A stretch of DNA of 21,314 nucleotides from positions 1-21,314 of the IMG/VR virus record IMGVR_UViG_2737471853_000012, one strand, 5' to 3'. The notes beneath the pieces were generated by a model. It saw nothing but the letters and a program-made list of their open reading frames with translations. It did not search any database and was not told the origin of the DNA. The translations under genes and the position numbers were made by a program. Positions 14,790-21,314 of this stretch are shown here, in pieces; the stretch's first letter is position 1; each line of letters opens with the position of its first letter. The stretch is from a virus. Its lineage: Duplodnaviria; Heunggongvirae; Uroviricota; Caudoviricetes.

Positions 14790-14951
14790 ATGTTAGACAA
14801 GAAATGCGGATATTGCGGCAAGCCGGTTAAAACGGAGGAAGTAATCAAGAGCACCCTTCTCTATCGCAACGGCTCACAGCTGGCGCGCAAAGAAAAAGAG
14901 TATTGCTCCAAACGTTGCGCTTCGCACGACCAGATGGCTCACGAAGGCTAA
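14790..14951 (+). CDS. Small zinc-ribbon protein (53 aa, YdaE-like position)
   Basis: Hand-translated MLDKKCGYCGKPVKTEEVIKSTLLYRNGSQLARKEKEYCSKRCASHDQMAHEG with C-x2-C ... C-x3-C pattern; RBS GGAGG 5 nt upstream. Below the ORF-track size cut-off. Confidence 0.45.
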   Translation: MLDKKCGYCGKPVKTEEVIKSTLLYRNGSQLARKEKEYCSKRCASHDQMAHEG

Positions 14952-15090
14952 CGTAAAACCCGCGCAAGGCGGGATCTACGTCCGGTGGTACCGACCAAAG
15001 TTACACCGGAAACAACATTAAAACCAAAGTTAACCCAATGGGCGCTATCAATGGTCCGGGGATTCTAACACCCAAAAATGAGGATCTCAC

Positions 15091-18000
15091 ATGGAATTCT
15101 TTAATGTGGTTAAAGCCACTCAGAAATCCGGAAAGCAAGATGCAGTGGTCTGGTTCACTGCTAAAACCGAGGCTCGCGCCAATCTGATGCTGGATGTTGC
15201 GCTGGAAGATGCAGGTATCGAAACAGGTCGGGGTAAGGACTACGCCAAACCGATTCGCACTGATTTCCCAGTTGTCGACGGCCTGCCGAAAGAAGGTGAA
15301 GTTGATTTTACCTGGTGTGATCGCTACGAGCTTCAGGACGATGGGCGCACCTGGCTGCCAAAAGCCGCTGGTGTGTCTACTGGTTCCGTTGACGCCCCCT
15401 ACACACCTACTCCGACCGTAATCGTTGAAGATGCGACTGCGTCCGAAATTGTCCCGGTTGAAAACCGTACTCCAGCGGTCCGCTTTGCCGTCCATCTGAT
15501 GAACGATAAATACCAAACCCACGTCACTAAAGAGCAGCAGTTGGCTGCCAGCGAAATGTCACTAGATGAAGGCAATACATATCTCCATAGCCTGCTTGTG
15601 GCAAGGAACGATGTGCCCGCGACCGCCAAACTCAGCCTGAATGCTGAGTGGAAAATGATTCGGGCGGTTAAGGACATTTTCACACCAGACGAAGAGCACG
15701 AACCAAGATTGATCGCTGCATTCATGTCTGACTGGGTGAACACCGATGCCGGTGACCGCAATCAACTGGTAGAAGACTGGCGCAGTGGTAAGTTGCAGTT
15801 GCTCAAAACTGAAACCAGCAACGCTGCTGACGTTACAACGGGTCAAGATCTCACTGTTGAGGACGGTATCCAGACCGACGAGAACGGCCGGGCAGAAGGT
15901 GGCGTCGTTGATGGTGAAGTCGATACCGAAGAGCAATCCCAGCAGACACAGCAACCGAACCTGATCGTTGTTGCCACCCTGCCATTCCGCCAGCGCGTAC
16001 TGGCTCAGTTCATCGGTGATGGTGAATATCTCTATCACATCGACGCAGGGCAGAAAAATGAGATTGTCCGCCTTGAGATGGACACCGATGACGCGTACGT
16101 CCAGAACCTGCTGCTGGCAGCTGAGAATGTGGAAGCATTCAAAAAAGCCATTGAGCACGATATTCATAAAGTCGTGAATGCCGTTAAGAAAGTCTTCCCT
16201 GTCGATGGAAAAATCCCTGAACTCGCAACCTTAATCCAGTTTTTGAAATTGTGGTTCGCTACAGATCACATCGACCGCGGTATCCTCGTTCGCGAATGGG
16301 CCGCCGGTAATCGCATCAGTAGTGTGCAGCGTACTGATTCCGGCACTAATGCCGACGGCGGTTACGTCACTGACCGTGGACCTGACGCACACCACACACT
16401 GGACACTCTCGATTTAGAGATTGCGTGTGCCCTTCTGCCTATGGACTTCAACCACTTCGAGATCCCGGGCAGCATTCTTCGTCGCGCTAAAGAAATCGTG
16501 ACCAAAAAAGAAGAACCATGGAAATCATGGAGCAACATCCTGCGCAATCAGCCAGGCGTTCTGGGTGTTAACCGCACGGCTATTTTTAACCTGGTACGTA
16601 TCGCACCGGAAAATATTCATTTAACTCCTGTCGCTCACCTGGAATTTGTTAACCAGACCATGACAGCCGCGTTCAATTCCGCGGTCGAGTTATTGCCGTT
16701 GCATGAGACTGAACCCGCAGCACAGGAAATTCCCCAACCTGAAGGTAAGGAGTCTCCGCGCAAATCCTTCTGCACTCACGAAGAGAACCTGCAACGCGTG
16801 CGTGAAGAAGGAGCACGCCGCCGCGCAGAGGAAGCGGCAGCACAACCGCAGAAAGTCGAACAAGAACTGGTTAAAAATGTCGGCAACGGAATATTCGACG
16901 TTACGGCTTTGCTGCAGAACTCAGCAACTCATGGCACGAAAAAGGCTACGGAGACCACCAGCAATGTGCAGGTTCAAGAAACTGTCAGTGATGAAAAACA
17001 AGCTGGTGATGAAGTACAGCCAGGCGAAAGCAGTCTGGAGTCTGGTGAAGAGTCAGATACCAGCCAGAAGGACGATGTAGACCAGAATACGGATTCTGTC
17101 GCCAAAAATAGCGATTCTGTAAGCCAAACCGAACCAGTTGCAGCACAAACCGAGCCAGAAGCGCAATCTGACGAACCAGCTGTTGTTTATCCCGCTTATT
17201 TCGAGCCAGGCCGCTATGAAGGGCTGCCAAACGAGGTTTACCACGCCGCCAACGGCATCAGCTCAACCCAGGTGAAAGATGCGCGCGTTTCGCTGATGTA
17301 CTTCAATGCGCGCCACGTAGAGAAAACCATCGTCAAAGAGCGCTCAGCGGTGCTGGACATGGGCAACTTGGTGCATGCGCTGGCGTTGCAGCCTGAACTA
17401 CTGGACGCAGAATTCAGCGTTGAACCGGTGATCCCTGAAGGCGCATTCACAACGGCCGCGACCCTGCGCGCCTTTATCGATGAGCACAATGCCAGCCTGC
17501 CGGCGCTGCTGTCTGCCGACGACATCAAGGTGTTACTGGAAGAGTACAACGCCACCCTGCCGCCGCAGGTTCCGCTTGGCGCTAACCTGGAAGAAACGGC
17601 ACAGAACTATATGGCGCTGCCAGCTGACTTCCAGCGTATTGATGGTGACCAGAAGCAGACGGCGACGGCAATGAAGGCATGCATTAAAGAGTACAACGCC
17701 ACCCTGCCGCCGCCGGTTAAAACCAGCGGCAGCCGTGACGCGCTGCTGGAGCAGTTGGCAATCATCAACCCTGACCTTGTGGCTCAGGAAGCACAGAAAC
17801 CGGCACCACTGAAAGTGTCCGGTACCAAAGCAGACATGATCCAGGCCGTGAAGGCAGTCAAACCAGATGCCGTATTTGCCGACGAACTGCTGGATGCCTG
17901 GCGCGATAACCCGGAAGGAAAAGTGCTGGTCACCCGCCAGCAGCTGAGCACCGCGCTGAATATTCAAAAAGCGCTTCTGGCACACCCGACCGCCGGCATG

Positions 18001-18480
18001 CTGCTGACCCACCCTAGCCGAGCCGTTGAGGTGAGCTACTTTGGTTTTGACGAGGAGACGGGCTTGGAAGTTCGTGTGCGCCCTGACCTTGAGATCGACC
18101 TGGATGGCGTGCGTATAGGTGCAGACCTGAAAACCATCAGCATGTGGAATGTTAAGCAGGAAAGCCTGCGCGCCAGGCTACACCGGGAAATTATTGAACG
18201 TGATTATCACCTGAGCGCGGCTATGTACTGCGAAACCGCAGCGCTGGATCAGTTCTTCTGGATTTTCGTCAACAAAGACGAGAACTACCACTGGATCGCC
18301 ATCATCGAGGCATCCGCTGAACTACTGGAGCTGGGTATGCTCGAGTACCGCAAAGCGATGCGCAATATCGCAACCGGATTCGACACAGGTGAATGGCCAG
18401 CGCCAATCACTGCTGACTACACCGACGAACTGAACGACTTCGACCTGCGCCGCCTTGAAGCGCTGCGTACTCAGGCATAA
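15091..18480 (+). CDS. RecE-like exodeoxyribonuclease VIII (large N-terminal region of unknown function plus C-terminal nuclease domain)
   Basis: 1129-aa ORF immediately upstream of a RecT-family gene, as in the Rac recET module; C-terminal region carries acidic residues consistent with a PD-(D/E)xK-type nuclease (DLEIDLDGVRIGADLK); contains an acidic low-complexity linker and a repeated EYNATLPP motif. Confidence 0.6.
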   Translation: MEFFNVVKATQKSGKQDAVVWFTAKTEARANLMLDVALEDAGIETGRGKDYAKPIRTDFPVVDGLPKEGEVDFTWCDRYELQDDGRTWLPKAAGVSTGSVDAPYTPTPTVIVEDATASEIVPVENRTPAVRFAVHLMNDKYQTHVTKEQQLAASEMSLDEGNTYLHSLLVARNDVPATAKLSLNAEWKMIRAVKDIFTPDEEHEPRLIAAFMSDWVNTDAGDRNQLVEDWRSGKLQLLKTETSNAADVTTGQDLTVEDGIQTDENGRAEGGVVDGEVDTEEQSQQTQQPNLIVVATLPFRQRVLAQFIGDGEYLYHIDAGQKNEIVRLEMDTDDAYVQNLLLAAENVEAFKKAIEHDIHKVVNAVKKVFPVDGKIPELATLIQFLKLWFATDHIDRGILVREWAAGNRISSVQRTDSGTNADGGYVTDRGPDAHHTLDTLDLEIACALLPMDFNHFEIPGSILRRAKEIVTKKEEPWKSWSNILRNQPGVLGVNRTAIFNLVRIAPENIHLTPVAHLEFVNQTMTAAFNSAVELLPLHETEPAAQEIPQPEGKESPRKSFCTHEENLQRVREEGARRRAEEAAAQPQKVEQELVKNVGNGIFDVTALLQNSATHGTKKATETTSNVQVQETVSDEKQAGDEVQPGESSLESGEESDTSQKDDVDQNTDSVAKNSDSVSQTEPVAAQTEPEAQSDEPAVVYPAYFEPGRYEGLPNEVYHAANGISSTQVKDARVSLMYFNARHVEKTIVKERSAVLDMGNLVHALALQPELLDAEFSVEPVIPEGAFTTAATLRAFIDEHNASLPALLSADDIKVLLEEYNATLPPQVPLGANLEETAQNYMALPADFQRIDGDQKQTATAMKACIKEYNATLPPPVKTSGSRDALLEQLAIINPDLVAQEAQKPAPLKVSGTKADMIQAVKAVKPDAVFADELLDAWRDNPEGKVLVTRQQLSTALNIQKALLAHPTAGMLLTHPSRAVEVSYFGFDEETGLEVRVRPDLEIDLDGVRIGADLKTISMWNVKQESLRARLHREIIERDYHLSAAMYCETAALDQFFWIFVNKDENYHWIAIIEASAELLELGMLEYRKAMRNIATGFDTGEWPAPITADYTDELNDFDLRRLEALRTQA

Positions 18481-18485
18481 GGGGA

Positions 18486-19604
18486 ATGATGATGGAAAAC
18501 ACGAATATCGTAACCGCTGAACAGCAGACTCCAAACACGATCTCAGCCAGCAATGCCATTTTCAACGTGCAGGCTTTAACCCAGCTTCAGTCTGTCGCCG
18601 GGTTGATGGCACAGGCAGCCGTAACGGTGCCTGAGCACCTCCGCGGCAATCCGGCAGACTGCATGGCCATCATCATGCAGGCGATGCAGTGGGGTATGAA
18701 CCCTTACGCCGTGGCGCAAAAGACGCACCTGGTTAACGGTGTCCTGGGATACGAAGCGCAACTGGTTAATGCGGTGATCTCCAGCTCAAACGCCATCGTT
18801 GGCCGCTTTCACTATGAGTACGAGGGCGACTGGTCGAAATGTGCCAGCAGCCGCGAGATAACCGTTAAAAAGCCTGCGAAAGGTGGCGGGACGTACGACA
18901 AGAAAGAAATGGTACGCGGTTGGGAAAGTGCTGATGAACAAGGACTGTCGGTACGGGTAGGTGCCGTTATTCGCGGTGAAAGTGATATCACCTGGGGAGA
19001 GCCTGTTTTCCTCTCCAGCGTAATCACACGTAATTCTCCACTTTGGGTATCAAACCCGAAACAGCAGATCGCTTATCTGGCACTCAAATACTGGGCGCGC
19101 CTATATTGCCCTGCAGTTGTTCTTGGTGTGTACACCCCTGATGAGATTGAACAGCGCACAGAAAAAGAGATCAACCCAACGCCGCAACGCGTTAGCCTGG
19201 CTGATATCTCAGGTGACACCGTCACAACCACGCAAAGCGCACAGGAATCGTCGGTAAATGTCGACTCTCTTGCCGATGATTTCCGCGAACGCATCGAATC
19301 TGCTCAGGACGTGGATAGCGCCAAATCGCTGCGTGCCGACATTGAAACGGCGAAAGCTACGCTGGGATCCGCACTATTCACCGAGCTGAAAAACAAAGCC
19401 GTAAAGCGTTATTACCTAGTGGATGCACGCAACAAGGTTGAGGAGGCTATTAAATCCCTGCCCCAGCCCGACGAGCCGCATGCAGCCGAACGGTTCGCTG
19501 AAGCCGAGCGCATGCTTGCATCTTCAAAGCGTCACTTAGGCGATGAACTGCACGATCAATTCAGCATCACCCTGGCGGATATGAAACCGGAATACGTGGC
19601 CTGA
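18486..19604 (+). CDS. recT: RecT-family single-strand annealing recombinase
   Basis: 372-aa ORF; N-terminal half (AMQWGMNPYAVAQKTHLVNGVLGYEAQL..., ALKYWARLY) resembles the RecT family; RBS AAGGGG; directly follows the recE-like gene. Confidence 0.7.
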   Translation: MMMENTNIVTAEQQTPNTISASNAIFNVQALTQLQSVAGLMAQAAVTVPEHLRGNPADCMAIIMQAMQWGMNPYAVAQKTHLVNGVLGYEAQLVNAVISSSNAIVGRFHYEYEGDWSKCASSREITVKKPAKGGGTYDKKEMVRGWESADEQGLSVRVGAVIRGESDITWGEPVFLSSVITRNSPLWVSNPKQQIAYLALKYWARLYCPAVVLGVYTPDEIEQRTEKEINPTPQRVSLADISGDTVTTTQSAQESSVNVDSLADDFRERIESAQDVDSAKSLRADIETAKATLGSALFTELKNKAVKRYYLVDARNKVEEAIKSLPQPDEPHAAERFAEAERMLASSKRHLGDELHDQFSITLADMKPEYVA

Positions 19605-19642
19605 CGAGACCGGGAGGGGTAACCCTCCCTCAAGGAGATTAT

Positions 19643-19885
19643 ATGCGACTGATCAATCGAGGAAGTAAGCAATCACCTTTAGCTCGCCAAGCATGCGACA
19701 TCGCGCTGGCAGCTCACTTGCAAACATATGGCGACTATGGGCGAAGCAAGATGAAAGAGACTTATACGGTGAAGGTTGAAGGCGTGAAAGTCTGGGTGGA
19801 GGTGGTGAACCGAAAGGCGAGCTACGTGGCCACAGCGATGACCGGCATGCGCCGTCTCCGCTCCCTGCCCGGGCAGGTTGGTTGA
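19643..19885 (+). CDS. Hypothetical small early protein
   Basis: 80-aa ORF with AAGGAG 5 nt upstream of the ATG; between recT and xis; no motif recognised. Confidence 0.45.
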   Translation: MRLINRGSKQSPLARQACDIALAAHLQTYGDYGRSKMKETYTVKVEGVKVWVEVVNRKASYVATAMTGMRRLRSLPGQVG

Positions 19886-19926
19886 AAAAGATTTTGAATG
19901 GCCCGAACGGGCAACTGGAGAGAGCT

Positions 19927-20124
19927 ATGGATGATATTTTGGTAACGTCAGACCTGACCAGTCGCTACAAAATTTCACGCAAAACCCTTTGGTCATGGCA
20001 AAGTGCAGACACAATGCCTCGGGGCTTCGTATGCCCGTTCCCACCCCCTGACTGGCCCGGCAACCCTAACCGCTGGCGCTCTGAGTCAATCAAAGAGTGG
20101 GAGGATAAAAAGAAGATAAATTAA
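19927..20124 (+). CDS. xis: AlpA-family excisionase / transcriptional regulator
   Basis: 65-aa product from ATG 19927 (RBS GGAGAGAG); [23 protein letters not shown]...[12 protein letters not shown] matches the AlpA/Xis pattern; adjacent and convergent to the integrase. The ORF-track start at 19882 is a TTG. Confidence 0.7.
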
Positions 20125-21314
20125 CTGAAGGGCTCTCCGATGATCTCTTCAAGATGGCTCTGCCAAACGCGGAGCCAGTGTTTCTGATCATCGATATAGT
20201 CATGAAGGTTGTAATGCGCCATAACCCCCACCATCTGATGCCCGAGCAGCTTTTCAATTACGTGCGGCGGGCAACCTAACTCAGAGAGATTTGTGGCTAT
20301 CGTCCGCCTCATATCATGAAGCGACCACTCTGCCATACCTGTTCCATTCCAAATAGAACGGGCGTAATTGGATGCCACAGGTGAATGAACGGGCGAATCT
20401 TTGATCCCGCCATCAATTTTACGTTGTGAAGTCACCAGGTGATTGGTGTTTATTTTCTTGAGGTGATTTCTGACCAGGTTAACGGCGGCGTCTGAGAGTC
20501 CCCTTCTAATATGTACCCGAGTTTTATAACTGCCCGCAGGCACGACCCACTCATTATCATCCAATCGAAACCATGATCTCTCACTAAGTCGAATCTCAGC
20601 CGTACGGCATCCGGTAAGCATAATAAATTTCACCAGGAAAACGGACTCTATCGACATATGGCTTTTCAACCACTGATAGATTTTGCGCAGATCGTCATCG
20701 TCCATCCTGCGAGTTCTCTTTTTAGGCTTTTGCCCGACATCAGATGGCAGTAATCCCTCGAGTGGGTTTGAGGCGATCACACTTCTGTTAACGCAGAACC
20801 TAAACGCCCGTTTGCACAGCGAAAGCATGTAATGAGCCATCACCCTGCTTTCTATAGAATCGAAGACGTTGATCCAGTGCATTTTCGCTGTGTTATCGAC
20901 TTTGACATTCTTCATCGGTTCGGCGATATGTTTCTCAAACACCTGGCGATAGTAATCGACTTTAACTAGCCCGTTAGCGATACAGTGCCTTTCAATCCAG
21001 TAATTGAACGCTTCGGCAACGGACATCGCTTCCTGTCGGGTCTGCTTATCCAGCTTCACCTGCTCTCGCGGATCCAGTCCCTCAGTTAACCAGTTTCTGA
21101 ATTGTTGGCGACGCTCTCTTGCCTGGGTGATACTCATTGCAGGATAATCACCAACATTGAGTTTTACCGCTTTACCGGCCCAGCGATACCGATAGAAAAA
21201 TGATATTTTTCCGGCCTGGCTGATTCTGGCGTTGAGCCCGTGCGAATCAGAAATAATCTCGATATCATCTCTTTTCTTGCCGAGCGCCTTCCTGAGCTTT
21301 GTGTCGGTGATCAT
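20121..21314 (-). CDS. int: Tyrosine-type site-specific integrase (P4-like, with N-terminal arm-binding domain)
   Basis: 397-aa ORF; N-terminus [14 protein letters not shown]...[23 protein letters not shown] resembles P4-family integrases; C-terminus has the R...HxxR...Y catalytic pattern ([19 protein letters not shown]). The start codon lies on the last three bases of the window, so the true N-terminus could extend beyond it. Confidence 0.8.

Noticed and set aside
15001-19294. Numerous ORFs antisense to or out of frame with the recE-like and recT genes (for example 15001-15522, 15562-16167, 17533-18012, 18812-19027)
   Set aside because: They sit inside a single uninterrupted 1129-aa frame and the RecT frame; long GC-rich coding regions generate many spurious antisense ORFs.
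1-21314. tRNA, rRNA or insertion-sequence elements
   Set aside because: No cloverleaf-like tRNA candidates, no transposase-like ORFs and no terminal inverted repeats were recognised by eye; absence is not proven without a tRNA or IS scan.

Overview
This window reads as most of a lambdoid prophage from an enterobacterial host, in reverse orientation to the usual lambda map. All calls rest on reading the ORF translations and the sequence by eye; no searches were run. On the minus strand, from low to high coordinates: lysis cassette (spanin-like, GH19 endolysin, two holin-like proteins), a tR'-like terminator, an AT-rich two-ORF island on the opposite strand, 82-type Q antiterminator, a DUF968 protein, a 218-aa conserved protein, a ylcG-like small ORF, rusA, a ybcO-like gene, a long nin-like region of small genes, ren, a P-like gene, O with four ori iterons, cII and cro. 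The immunity region (OR, then cI on the plus strand) sits at 11.38-12.17 kb. Downstream of cI, in the position lambda uses for rexAB, is a two-gene AT-rich operon encoding a HipA_C-like kinase-fold protein and a 293-aa partner; this is the best candidate for an undescribed defence/exclusion system. After OL/PL the early-left operon carries small peptides, a zinc-ribbon protein, a recE-like/recT pair, an AlpA-type excisionase and a convergent P4-type integrase whose start is at the window edge. Products of many small nin-region genes are unassigned.
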